NCBI GenBank assembly: GCA_030704615.1
Contig: CM060733.1
Location: forward strand, 36,022,001-36,086,000
Reading direction: 5' to 3'
DNA from: Takakia lepidozioides
Lineage: Eukaryota; Plantae; Bryophyta
DNA length: 64,000 nt
Shown here: piece after piece, positions 24,847 to 37,803 of the stretch
Position numbering within the stretch: the first letter of the stretch is position 1
Layout of the letters: each line of letters starts with the position of its first letter
Program-made: the position numbers and the translations under genes
The notes under the pieces: model-generated
Databases searched by the model: none
The model's input: the letters and a program-made list of their open reading frames with translations, nothing else
Told to the model about the DNA's origin: nothing

Positions 24847-25764
24847 CGTCAACTGAACTAACCTTTTCATGTCATGGCTCAATGGCTCCGTAAACGTCAT
24901 GTGCCTCATGTTTATGCCATGGTTTGTAATACATGATTATTGCTCATGGTTTAAGGACCATGAGTTCTGCTCATGTCTGTTCATGGATGTATTCAAAAAC
25001 TTATGGGTGCTGCCTAAATGCTCCCCGGCTGAAACACAGAATACGAGTTGGATCTAGTCCTGGCTGAAGGATTGTTGGGCCACCATCCATAGTGTAAGAC
25101 ACTAAAATTTGTCCTACAGACCCAAATAGAACCCTTACCCTGTGGGGCACAAGCTCTTGGCATAAACGCCGAAGTTACAATTGTACCAGGTGACACCTGT
25201 CCTCACACATTTTCTTTATGAAATTCCTCATGGAAGTTGTGGAACTCATTGAAGTGAAATGCACCTATTAACAGTTTCGAAACATGTTAGGGTGCTATAC
25301 AAACAGGCCTTCCCATATCCCAGATGTTGAACCAATTCCTCTACTCTTCCTGAAAGAGAACTGATGTGGAATTACATCTGTTGCAAACAAAAAGACAGAA
25401 TATGCAAGGTCAGATTTCTGAGTGGGCAGAAGGGTGCAAGCAACAAACCATACACAAAGAACAGGAAGCTCATTCCATGAAATAATCTAAACTGCAACCA
25501 ACGAGATGGTCGCTTCTGAAGTCACAGACAGAAGGGCCATGACTCTCACAACAACAAAGTGTAATGCGGCCAGCTCTGTTTTGACCTACAATTGCCTCCA
25601 CTCACATACACGAGAATTTTATTTGCTTTCTGTACAAGTAACCAGCAGGATTCATCCCGAATGCAAGAGAGTAGATTCCTTCCATGCGATTTGTGTTGCT
25701 GCTGTTAATGGCTGGAGGATCTCAAATTCGACTGATTTTGGCTGCTTGGTGGCACCCTGCCCAG

Positions 25765-28700
25765 TTACCCACGCCGCTCAATGTAAGAGCCAGAGAGTCC
25801 TGATGTCCCAAGAAGAGTGACCTGCTAATTCAGAGAGCAAGAAATTAAAATCTTCATAAAACAGCATAATTCAAACTCCCACCAACCAATACGGCTCATA
25901 GAGTTCGATCTTCCCAGTTCAAACTCAGACCCCTGAGCACCCATCCAAAATATACAACAAAATTTTAGGGGTCGCATCATCAGGCCAGTCCCATTGCCAA
26001 GCCTCTTACGGTTGAACTAACCCTCTACTCAACACAAGCGACCTCAAAACGAAGCCAATGCAGCAGCAGAGACTTCAAACCACTATTTGCATGCCATAAT
26101 CATCACAGCTGATTAGAACAGGTTATCCAACAGGGTAAGGGTTGAGTTGGTTGCGACAGCGACAACAGAAGCGGTGCACAATTACTCCTCATATTTATCT
26201 ATGGACACCCAACTAGACAAGCAGTCTGTGGAGGTTAATAAATGTTCGAAACCTGCAGATAGTACGTAATGACAGTTTCTTTACATGATTGTTGTATCAG
26301 GTTTTCCCTTTATCTTATCAGCACTCTGTAAAATGATTGGCCCTCAATCTCCAACCTTTTCTGCACTTTGCGTGAGCTCACGTTTTCTACTCAAGTCAGC
26401 AGGAGCGACGATAAGTTGGCCTGGTTTCAGCAATTTGAGCTTCCACCTTCCAAAATATGATACCTCGTTTAGAATATCGTCCTATAAACAGAGACATGTT
26501 CAGCAGGGTAATGGGTGATCAATTTGGCCATCCACCTCTAGACTACACTTCTCTCTTTGTAGGTCTATTTACTCTATGGGAGTGGAGGGGTTGAGGCCAA
26601 CGTCAGTGAGGCCACAGCCTCTAAAAACCTTTTCTGCTGGATGTCTTGGATGACCATGGGGGTTAGGCCCTAGGATAAATTTTAAATGACAAGGGGTCCA
26701 AACTTTATACCATCTCTGGCAACAAGCTACAGCAAGAAATGTCTGAAGTGCGTGTCTTCTCTCTACAGTGTCTCCCTGATTAAACTAGGTGTTGAGATAG
26801 GGTAAAAAACCACCTTTCCCCATTTTGGGTGTAGGCCAGCGCAGCGCATCTTAATTTGCAGGAGCATACCACCCAGCTCATTCTCCACCTTCTTCTTTAA
26901 ATAGCCTTCCCTATCATCATCAAATGATTCAAGGTATTTTGTGTACTTTCTGTGCGCAGCTTCCACAGCCTTGTATAGTGGGTCTGGGATGTTACTGACA
27001 TCCTGCATCCCATCCGACAAGGCCCAGAAATATCAGAGCATGGCATCACAGCATGAAGAGATGGAAGACCAGTTAAAACCTCTGAGCTTGGCTGAGAAAT
27101 TCTCAACAGCAGATTGGAAGTAGCTGTGGCTCTGCAACCACACTGTGCATGCAACTAGGAGTTGACTGAGCAAATCCACAGGAAACCATGTTCCCACAGC
27201 CTGCAACCCAGAATGATCCTGAAGGAAGGCACAACCCATTTGAATCTAATTTCGCTGCTTGACAAGAATAACTTGGACCCATATGGTTCATTTTTCTATA
27301 TCTGAAATCACCGAAGCTCTTAACAAGTAAGTGCGTAAGTACATGATGACCAAACTGAATGACTTATCAGTCAGATTGCAGTATAACAACCTCCACTTCA
27401 TATTAATAGCAGTAGCAACTTAAGACTCATCCTGTCCAGTGAAATTGAAAAATACACCAGAACTCTGCTGCGGTAATTGAGCACATCATAATACTCAATC
27501 CTAGTGAAATACGCAATGTGGAGCTTTCCCACAACCCGGAAGAAAAATTCACCCTACATCATCATCAAGCCTAGAAACCATGGCGTAATACCAACCCTGG
27601 ATTAGTTGGTGAGCTTATCATAAATCAGTAAAAGTGAACAACTAACCTCCCCAGTTCCCCCGCTCATATCAGAGAGCTCCATCAACAACCCTGTCAGTGT
27701 CTCTGAGAACTTTTCGACAGCTTGAGCAGATTGCCATGTGCTCGTCAATGCCTCGTTCCCTACATTGTCACCACTGTTGCTTGAAAGTGCAGTCTGGACA
27801 GAGGCCTTTACATTTGGCTCAATCTTTGACCAGCTAGAGCCCAACAACCCATTGAGAGCCTTTTTTACACTTTCATCCTTGATATCTGGTAAGATGCTCA
27901 TATCAGAAGTCAATTGTCGCACCTGGAGGGCTAGTGGTCGTTGTGAGAGAAGCCTCCCTGTTATGCAACCACAAAGCAGCACAATTGTAAGGAAATCATC
28001 TACCCGCCTTAGTATCTCATGATGCTTGTCATGAATCCACCACAACAAACCAACGGACTGCACCCACCACTACAGATCAGTGCGAACCTCAGAATGCCAC
28101 AGCTGGGTCAGGGCTGAGGGAGCCAGGAAGCTGTAGGCTGTACATACTTCAGTGCTGAGCTCATTTCATAAACTCACTATCTAACATAATCTGCTGTCAG
28201 ATGCAATCAGAGTTTAAACGGTTTAGAGTTTGTAAAAGACTTCACATCAGCAGTATGTGGCTCTCCTATGGGGTCTGCCAACAATACCAAAGCCCCACTT
28301 GAAATGTACAACACTACCCCCTTAAAACCTAACCCTACATTGTCTTAATCAACACACATCCATACCTTCTCATGAATATCAGGCAGGGACGTGCAGGGAT
28401 CAAGGAGAAAACTGGGGCTAAGAGTTCTTTAAGAAGTTGTTGACCGTGCACCGAAATTGGGTTTTATGGATGGGAACAAGACAGACGGTATGCTACATCA
28501 AAATCTCCATCGATGCCCTACACGAAGTTCTAAATCCCACTGTTAACCTCTGTTGACCGCACTGCCATTCCTGGCATGTAGCGTTGGCGAGCTCTTCCCT
28601 TCACTCTCAAATGACCAATTTCATCACTAACCGAAGTAACTCTAACTCGGAAACATCTGAAATCGACAGCACCACATCACCGAAAATGGGCATGCGACCT

Positions 28701-28982
28701 GTTGATCACAGATCAACCGTCACTTAAGAAAACCCATAAGAGTATTTCACGCAGGTACCAGGACGGAAAAGGTACATAGCCTGCTGATCTCATGGTTCAG
28801 TAACTGTGCCCTCAGGGAAACACCCACATGCGAGGTGAAGGAGAGGTACCTGGTTCGGAAGAAACCAAAATTTTGCCCACTCCAACGACAGGCGATGGGG
28901 ACCTCCACCATTGAGAAGACGCAGCCACATGGTGCATACGAGAGAGCAAGAGGCGCGCTGCACCCCGAAGTCTGAGCGCCAT
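25765..28982 (-). CDS. SDH5: succinate dehydrogenase subunit 5, mitochondrial (plant-specific), ~229 aa
   Basis: Exons 28982-28850, 27957-27647, 27002-26814, 25821-25765 join in frame. Presequence MALRLRGAARLLLSR; motifs YLKKKVENELG, KMRCAGL..WGK and VTLLGTSGLSGSYIERRG*. The 5' exon structure is less certain. Confidence 0.88.
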
Positions 28983-29334
28983 TGCTACAGTGCTTCCTCT
29001 CTTCTGTCCCTCCCTCCAACATGCACTTCACCACCTACTTACTACTTGCCACTCATATGAACAATAACAGAATTTTATGAGCGAATACACTCACAAACAG
29101 ACCATCAGATCAAACATTAATCTCATTTCTAATTGGAACTGTAACTTCAAACCAGAACACTTGCTACCAGAAAATGATGGTCCTCAATATGTGTTTAGCA
29201 GGACATATTTTTTATTTTATTTTTTCAACAGAACAGGGGGAATGATTGTAAATTGTAACCCTGATAAATTTTATTAATAAGTTATTCGGGGAAAAAAATT
29301 AAAACCCCTATTACACCATAAGGCGCACACACTT

Positions 29335-29477
29335 TTTTCTTTTCTTTTATGGGAAACACCTGAGAGCAACAGCTCACAATTCAGGCCCCTAAATTATAGA
29401 GGAGAAAATCACATCTTTCACACTAACTTCGCAATAGTACACTATGTGTTAGCACCATTACCTATTTTTAATGGAAA
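29335..29477 (-). repeat. second copy of the 1494-1620 dispersed repeat
   Basis: Reverse complement contains gcctgaattgtgagctgttgctctcagg followed by an A-rich tail. Confidence 0.55.
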
Positions 29478-30008
29478 GGGCTATTGTAACCTTCGTGTTC
29501 AACAAGCCCCAGTGGTGTCCTATCTTCGATGTGAGATAAGATGATTAGATTTTTTAATTTTTTTAATTTACAGGTCCGAGAGAGAACCTAAAACTTATTC
29601 ATGAGGAAAAAGTAACCTCACATGACATGCCATGGAGGCTAATGAAAGGGACGCTACCCCGTAACTAGATACTAAGAGGAGGAACTTTATAAAAAATTCC
29701 TAGATCATAGAAGTCCTAAGGGGGGCTAAGCCTATTTGAAACAGCGGGAACTTAGGGAACACAAGGAACATTCTTCTAAGGGACCCTTTTCTTCCTAGAA
29801 GCAGGAGAGCTGCGCTTTGGACTTCCCCTTCCTGAAGCTTCTGCGATGACGGTAGTTAGTATCCGAGTCCTCTTCCTCGACAGGAGAGAGAGGGGTGCTC
29901 ATGGAGCTAGCAACCCTAGGGGAGGGTGTCATTCCACCAGATTGTGGTGTCTGAGATTCTCCTGCACAGTCGACCACCTTTTGCTCGGGAGATATCAAAG
30001 CCAGAGAG

Positions 30009-30934
30009 GGGGGTTGGTAGGACGTGAGCACAGCGGTGAGTAGAGCTCACGTGAGCACAAACCCACGGTCATGGGGGTTTTATAATTTTTAAACCGCGGT
30101 CATAGGAGTTATATGTTCTCAAAACGGAATTAAACCATAGGCGGATATAGAGACACGGTGCATTTATAGGCTTTTTGTGCCTATTTCTGTCCCTAACCCA
30201 AAACCCTAATGCGGAATATGCACACATAATGTATATCTACAAGCTCCAAGTTCCACATATCTACAGCTAAGTTGGTATCCTACAAAAGAATAACACATTA
30301 GGGAAAAACAAAGTCACAATAACCAACACTATCCAAAACATACAAATAACCAAACAATAGTTGAACAATTTAATATAATGAGGCAAATAACGGGTTTCGT
30401 TAACGAAATAAATCAAGGTATCAGGTTTTGCCAGCGAAATAATGGATTTCGCTAGCGAAATAGTAGGTTTTGCCTCGAAATAGTGCGTTTTGCTAGCAAA
30501 ACATTGGATTTTGCCAGCGAAAAAAAGGGTTTCGTAGGCGAAATTTCCAGGCATCGCAGGATAGGTCATTATCATATGGTTTCGTGGGCAAAATAAAATG
30601 TATTTGTGGTTGGTTTTGCATGTAAGAGATGACATGAAATTTTTTTATTTCGGTAACAAATTGTTATGTGCTTGTGTATACAGGAAAATAAAACACGGAA
30701 ATAGGGCACCCGTCCATATTTATAACTCATTTTGTGCATATTTTTCCCGTGCCTATTTTTCTTCGTATGGTTTGTGCTCACATGAGCACAAGTCTGCTCA
30801 TGAGCGCAAATTGCACATTTTAGTTTCGTTATCACATCTTTTCAAGAATATTCTTGGAATTCCTGGTATATCCTCTTCTGCTCATGTGAGCAGGCTCATG
30901 CTCACGTGAGTCTACTCACATGCTACCCAACCTC
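30009..30934. mobile_element. non-autonomous TIR DNA element (hAT/MULE-like), copy 1
   Basis: Ends gggggttggtag..gtgagtagagctcacgtgagca / tgctcacgtgagtctactcac..ctacccaacctc. 8-bp TSD ccagagag (30001-30008, 30935-30942). Removing it restores the LINE frame EQLLSGFDIS. Confidence 0.85.
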
Positions 30935-33459
30935 CCAGAGAGTAGTTGTTCCCTTCTAGTCTCAGAGCATCTTGAAAGAACTGCACACACAACACCCCAC
31001 GTTTTTCTTGCCTCAAACATCGTGTCTGAGTGAACTCCAAACAAAACAACTTTAACACAACTCATCTTTCCCTCATAGAACAATGCATATCTAGATCTCC
31101 AAATGTTCCATAGGTTGTGTGCCCTTAACACCGTCCACACTGGACAGGTGCTAATGAGGCCACTACTATTAGCGTTTAACAGCAGAGCAGCAGGAATGAC
31201 AGATGGAACCGAGTTCCAGAAAGCATAGAAGGAGAGCACCTTTCTCCATACCTGGACTGGCACATCACAAGACAACATACAATGCTCTAATGATTCTAGA
31301 GAGAGAGATGAACTACCAATACATAGATTGCTACAGTCAGAGATAAAAGAGGAGACAGGCAGTATCCTATTGGTTATCTTCCACATGAACCAATTTTTGC
31401 AGCTCTTGTCTTCCTCCAACATCAGGCCAGATGGCCTTCCATGGCAAAGTGTGGTTGGTAACAGGAAGCCACTTTGCATCCCACTTGGAATACAACAAGA
31501 CAGGGGGCTTCATGAGCAAGTAACCCATTTTGACTTTGAAGCTGAAGAAAGGGTTGTGTTTTTTAGACATCCATGACCACTCCCCCGGGTCAAACTGGAG
31601 AATTTTGAGGGGAGCATGTAAAAACCATCTGAATGTCCCTACGTAATGTGCAATCACAGGCGCGGGATGCGGACTGACTTCCCCCGAAGGCAATCAAAAC
31701 ACCCTAATTGCATACAAGGCATCCTCGTGCATGGAAATCCAGATTGGATCCGAGAGATTACCTCCAACATCTGGAGAAAACCTCCACCCCGTGAGGTCGG
31801 TACCCAATCTGTGTGTGGCAAAAAAAACATACATGCTTTGCCTGAGAGCTCCCCAACCAGAGTGGAAAGAGTTGGCCGATTAGAAGGCCGAGAGCACAAC
31901 GAAATCCATGTATCCGGAATGTTCTCATGAATGGTGGCCAATGCAGCCACCCTTCTTTGGATGACGAAAATTCGGCCGGGGGGCAAAATGCACCAGAGTC
32001 CTAGAAGTGGGAAAAGTGAGCAAAACTTGCAGATTCCCATACCTGGACCAAGACTTGGTATTTTTAAGCAAAGTGTCAAAGTGCGAGTTATAGTTTAGAA
32101 ACATAGGTTGCCTGAGAGCCTCATATACTGAGGCGGGTTCTCTGAAACAAGAATGAATGAACACGGAACCAGGCACATGACCAAATAGAGCCCCAGGCCG
32201 GAGATCCTTGCCAAACGCCATTGGACTTTGGTGTTCCTTGAACCATCCACTGGAGGGAAAGGCCCACTGCCCAACAGCAAGAGACGATGACATTACATGT
32301 TGTCTGACCAACATACTCCAGGGTGTGTTCACATGAGTCAGCATGCGGGCATCCATTTTGCCAAGAGCGCAGTTATCTAGGTTTCTGGGTCAATAATTCC
32401 TAAACCACCATACTTTTTTGGTTGCGTGATTTGAACCCAGCTACCGAGGGCTTTGCGATTGGGAGAGGCTGGGATGCCCACCACAGGAAGTTACGAACCA
32501 AAGCCTTAACCTACTTTATCATCTCAGATCCTGGGGACCAAATCGAGGCTATATACCAAAAGGAAGCAAGCAAAACCTGGTTGGCGACCAGAGCTCACCC
32601 AGCTATGGATAAAAAAAATGGAGCACCAGTGCGTTAGCTTCTTCCCGAGCTTTGCAATGACCGCTTGACATCGCTGAGCATCCGACAATCCATGTCTAAT
32701 CAAATGACCCAGGAGAGTATGTGCCTCCCCATCTCCCAGCCACTTGAGACCCAAATTCTATCCCCACGGATCACAGTGAGATGATGTGGAGCCCGGGTTG
32801 AGCCTGGAGATGTTGGCCACCGATTTTCCCAATTGACACTCAAACCAGAGGCCCCACAGAAGAGCTGAAGGGTCTGGAGCATCAGAGTGACATTACTCTG
32901 CGCACTGTTATCAACTAGGAGAGTAATATCATCAGCGTACATTGATGATTTGACAGACAAGGGCCGAGGCAACACCCTAGGGATTTTAAGGCCCATCAAA
33001 TCGTTGTCCGCATGTAGAATGTTGTTTAGAGAATCAACTGCCACTAGGAAGAGGAAGGGCGCTAGTGGGCATCCCTACCTAACCGATCTAGTATGAAGCT
33101 GGAAAGGTGGGGAGAGGTGACCATTCACTAGCATTCTACTCGAGGCAGAGTGCAATAAAATTTGAACCCAGTTTAGGAAGGTACCCCAAATTCCAACCTT
33201 GTGCAGAGCCTCAAGGAGGAACTGCTAGTCGACATTGTCGAATGCTTTTTCAAAATCGAGCATGAGGAGAGCTAATGGCTGGTCATTGGAGTGAGCTTGG
33301 CAGAAATCCTAAAAATGCGCCAAAAAAATATTGTCGAGAATCGTTATATTTTTGAGGAGACCCTTCTGCTTTGGGCGAATTATCTTGGAAAAAAGGCTGT
33401 AGGCAAAGAGCTAAAGCCTTGGCAATGATTTTATAAGAAGCATTGAGGAGCGCGATAGG

Positions 33460-34609
33460 TGTCATGCACCTAAGCATCGTGCCACAATATACATCGTTGT
33501 CCAATCACACTTCCTAGCATATAGTCCTAGAAAACTATGCCACAATAGTGATACGAAAATGGTGAAAAGATATGAACCCACTCTATCATGTTATATAAGT
33601 CAAGCCAATAGCACCTTTTGTCGCGGCCTTTCGCCTTGAGGGCAGGGGATCGGGACACAAAAGGGGCTGCCCTCGTGGTGGGGGCAGTGGCAACAATAGA
33701 TACGGGGGCTGAAGCACCCTTGAGTGCCCAAGGCACTCAAGGAGGCGGAACCCCGCACACCGGGTTGCGGTGGGGGTGGTTCCACGAGGGGTGGTGGTAG
33801 TTTAGTGGGACTTAGTGGGGGTGGCATAAGACTCACCATGGGGCGGAGACCTTGTGGTGGGAGTCGTGGGGAGTCTTGGGACTCATCACGGTCCAATGGG
33901 GCCATGGTGGGTGGGCCAAGACTCACCACGACTCACCACCGGGAATGGAGGGTCTTCGTGGTGGTTCGCCATAAAAGGACGGTGTTGTTTGTGAAACCCC
34001 CACAGACAGTCACAGAACTATATATAGGGAGTAGTAACCCCGAGAACGGTGCAAGCCCGTTGATGACCAAAAACTAATGAGTAAACGTGCGAGCCGGAAA
34101 GCGACCAAGGTGTGGGGAGCTGTTCCGAACTGCCAACAACCAAAGGGAATTTCCACTAGGCCCAAATTGAGAGAGGATCTTGTGGAGGAGCAAGGGGGAC
34201 CGTTATGTCCCGATGAGCAACCGAAGCTCCGAGTTGGCCCGGCGGCCAGTTTGGGAGTTAGGCGCGCGCATCAAAGCGAGTAACTATGACTTGAAGGGGA
34301 GCTTACCGAAGTGAGGTGCGCGACATCTTTGCTAAATGACTCCACCATATAGACCTCACCCACACTCCATCTCAGGCACTATAGCTATAGCGGCAAGAAA
34401 AGCCTCGGGAGGCTCGACTAGAAGAAGACGAGCCTTCCTACACATCACGTGGAGATAACCCTCTCCACATCCCAAGTAAGGTTCGCCACCTCACTTGGCA
34501 CATGGAACCAAAGGAAGTCCCAATGCTAATAGAATACAAATATAAATGTATAAAGTCCTAATTAGTTAGAAATAACTATTTCTAACTAACTAGAACTAAA
34601 ACCATGACA
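33460..34609 (+). mobile_element. solo LTR (~440 bp plus nested LTR) inserted in the LINE RT
   Basis: TGTCATG...CATGACA termini; TAGG duplicated at 33456-33459 and 34610-34613; it splits NYRP/IALLN; internal TATA ttatataag. Confidence 0.88.
33619..34325 (+). mobile_element. nested solo LTR, 707 bp
   Basis: TGTCGCG...CGCGACA termini; 5-bp TSD ccttt/tcttt; TATA at ~34019; paralog at 22366-22952. Confidence 0.88.
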
Positions 34610-36343
34610 TAGGCCTGTAGTTAGCTACCTTATTTTTGTCTCTCTTCTTGAAGATGAGGGTGATGGTCCCTTGAGAGACCTGCGAGGGAAGGATCCCTTT
34701 GGCTATGACGTCTTCAGCCATTGCTAAAAAATCATCTCCAATGACTGACCAGAGCGGCTTAAACATTTCTATGGGCAATCCGTCTAGACCCGGAGACTTA
34801 TTTGAACTCATAGATTCCACGGCCTCAAGTAGCTCAATCTTGGTGAATGGGGCGGTCAATGCATTCTGCTTGACTTCCGAGAGGTTTGTGGGAACCTTCT
34901 GGAGAACATCGGATCTTTTAGCCGATGTGTCCAAAGATATTGAACCAAAGAGCCTAGCAAAGTAGTTGCCAGCTATCTTCGCCATGAGTTTGGGATGTGA
35001 GGTGATGTCGCCTCCCTCATCAACCAGGGCAGAGATAGAGGTTGTTGTTTGCAGCCGTTGCCGCGCCTTTTGCAAGAAATACGAGTTCATTTTCTCTCAT
35101 TTAAGAGACCAAGCAATACCTGCTTTTCACTTCATTGCCTGCTCTTTCAAACTGGTTAAGGCCGCCAGGTTTCTCTTTGCCTCCACCAGTGAGGCGTGCG
35201 TGCTGGGTCCCACCGACCCATTTTCAATGAGCCACTCGCAATGGAGATGCATTTGAGCATAACATTCTCATTTCTTTTTCTTTCATTGGCCACCTGCTTA
35301 GAAAATGATTGCGCCTCTTTCCTGGTTGCATATAACCTCTGCAGGTATTTGAGCGTAGGGGAATGAACGGATGAGCCCGCATCTTTCCAAGCCTTTTTGA
35401 GCCTATCAATTAATGAGGGAGCCCTGAGCAGCATAGGGTTTAATCTAAAAAAACCGCAAGGCTTTAGCTTGGATCCCTGGAGGGGCTATGGAGATGGAGA
35501 TCTGCGCGTGGTCAAAGTCCGGCAATATTGGTGCCTGCCCAAATGGTTGTACCCATGATTTTGGCAGCATGGGTGCAGTATGCTCTGTCCAGTCTAGCCA
35601 TGCATAAGTTTGGAGGGGCTCTGTTGTTGGTCCATGTAAAACAAATGGACTCCTATTGGAAAGCGTATGTATCAGCCAGTCCCACCGAGAAACAAAAAGA
35701 GTTCCATGCTGACAATTCATTTGGAGACAAAGGATGTACAGTTGAGCCAAGTTGGTCAGCTAGGTATATTAAAATCACCAACTAAGAACCAGTGTTCAAT
35801 AAGCGGACACTCAAGGATTTTTGAACGCAACAAGCACCAAAGCTCAATTCTCTCCGTAACGTCATTGGGTGTGAATATATTTATGAAAGCACAGGTTTCA
35901 ACCGAAGCCGAAGGAATAGTGCAAAGACACTGAACTCTACCTACAACCCAAGTCTCCACCGATTGGATAACACTCTTCAGTGCCACCCCTGGAGTCAGTG
36001 GCCGTGGGATTCCACCAAGCTACATTTGAAGGCCAGATAAAGGAAGTCAAGGATGTGATCTTCTTGAAGTCGAGCTTGTGCTCTTGAATGAAGATGATGG
36101 CATTCGTAGAGATTAAAAGGGCAGCCCAAGATAGAATCCTCTTTGGCATGGAGGCATCCGAGCCTATTCCCCTTATATTCCAGGAGATGAGAGACCAAGT
36201 CATGGGGGCCTACTATCGTAGCCCATGACATTGCCATAATTTGATAGCTATAAATAAGAATGCAGTGTATGAAACTGGAGATCAGCGGAGGTTAGCACAT
36301 GGAATAAGTTCTTGAGCGCGTTTCCACAATCATGTGGAGTTTG

Positions 36344-37372
36344 GGAGGTTGGGTAGCGCGCTCACGTGAGCACAAGGGCATATTCCCCGAATTTGCATGA
36401 AATTTCCGCGAAATTTCCACAACGAAATGAACTTGGCGAAACTAAACAGTATGTGAAACTAACACATAAAGAACAAGTAGCCCATATACCTGATGAACAT
36501 CTTGCCCTATAGGCGTGGCTTTTTCTCCATAACAGGCGCGAGAGTGCGGTGAGACTTCACCTCAAATTGCAGGTCATCGCCCATAGCTAATTTCTCACAG
36601 GGAAATTCTATACCAAATAGCCTGAGAAGAAATCACACTGAAGGATAATTTTGCATGGCGAAACTCTGTACCAACTAGCCTGAATTGGATGTGGGATTGT
36701 TGAGTGATGGGATTTCGTATAGAAAGTTTCGACTCAAGCTATACCAGTAAGGGTTTCTCAATGCGAAACCCCACCGCTACATAGGTTTGTGCCCATATCA
36801 CCAAGTCTTTTTTAAACACCAGTAAGGGTTTCTCCATGCGAAACCCACAGCTGCATCGGTTTGTGCCTTTTTCACCAAGTCTTTCTCAATCACCAGTAAA
36901 GGTTTCTTAATGCGAAACCCACCGTTGCATCGGTTTGTGCCCATATCACCAAATCTTTCTCAATGCGAAACTCGTTTGCCGCTATAAGTTTAGGGTTTTT
37001 GGCTACACTACTGAAGTTTTCGCCTTGCTGAATTAATGCAGACGTACCGTATATATGCACGGGTCCTAACAACCAACATGTAACCCAGTGGTAAGGGCAT
37101 ATACCCTCTTACGAGTGGTTGTGGGTTCAAACCACCCTGTTGGTTGTTACAAAGGTGTCCACCTTCATACTGGAAGACATTAGCCCTTATGGGTCAAGTG
37201 ACACCATAAGTTACGCTTGCTTCGGCAACGCGTTCATCATTTTTATTTTTTTGGACGGGTCCTCTATACCCGCTTATGGTTTTTTTTTCCGTTTTGGAAA
37301 CATGTAACTCCTATGACCGAGATTAAGCAAACATAAAACTCCCATGACCGTGGGTTGTGCTTACCATCCCCC
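36344..37372. mobile_element. non-autonomous TIR DNA element, copy 2 (inverted relative to copy 1)
   Basis: Left end ggaggttgggtagcgcgctcacgtgagca. Right ~120 bp is the reverse-complement homolog of 30056-30160. TSD-like ggagtttg/ggagcttg. Internal 3 x ~74-bp subrepeats at 36743-36971. Confidence 0.75.
37068..37252 (+). ncRNA. tRNA-Lys-derived Pol III unit / SINE-like RNA, copy 1
   Basis: A box TAACCCAGTGG (37081), CTCTTA anticodon-like loop, GTGGTTGTGGGTTCAAACC B box, 3' UUCG hairpin, T-run. Confidence 0.55.
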
Positions 37373-37435
37373 GGAGCTTGGCGACCGGGTGCTCTTTTTG
37401 GACTTTAGTGGTGGGAGTGGTATATAGAGGCTACA

Positions 37436-37620
37436 AACAAACAACATGTAACCCGGTGGTAAGGGCATATACCCTCTTACGAGTGGTTGTGGGTTCAAAC
37501 CACCATGTTGGTTGTTACAAAGGTGTCCACCTTCATACTGGAAGACATTAGCCCTTATGGGTCAAGTGACACCATAAGTTACGCTTGCTTCGGCAACGCG
37601 TTCATCATTTTTATTTTTTT
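37436..37620 (+). ncRNA. tRNA-Lys-derived Pol III unit / SINE-like RNA, copy 2
   Basis: As copy 1, with a perfect acceptor-like stem caacatg/catgttg. Confidence 0.55.
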
Positions 37621-37803
37621 GGACGGGTCCTCTATACCCGCTTATGGTTTTTTTTTCCGTTTTGGAAACATGTAACTCCTATGACCGAGATTAAGCAAAC
37701 ATAAAACTCCCATGACCGTGGGTTGTGCTTACCATCCCCCGGAGCTTGGCGACCGGGTGCTCTTTTTGGACTTTAGTGGTGGGAGTGGTATATAGAGGCT
37801 ACA

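Larger units (their letters stand above)
29700..36335 (-). mobile_element. decayed L1/Tx1-clade LINE (APE endonuclease, RT, zf-RVT), interrupted by nested insertions
   Basis: ORF2 start 36203 MTWSLISWNIRG..IQEHKL; VGDFN; FDH; KSPGLDGLP; NYRP|IALLNASYKI; MYADDITL (~32940); ESLEHCMLSC; stop at 29916-29918 beyond the TIR insert. Many stops and frameshifts. Confidence 0.93.

Noticed and set aside
33600-33929. Pro-rich ORFs here and at 22388-22597 as extensin-like genes
   Set aside because: They lie inside LTR sequence and reflect its G-rich repeats.
37150-37235. HDV/theta-like ribozyme downstream of the tRNA-like head
   Set aside because: I could not build the nested double pseudoknot (no P1.1 GG after P1', no J4/2 plus P2'); kept only as a structured RNA.
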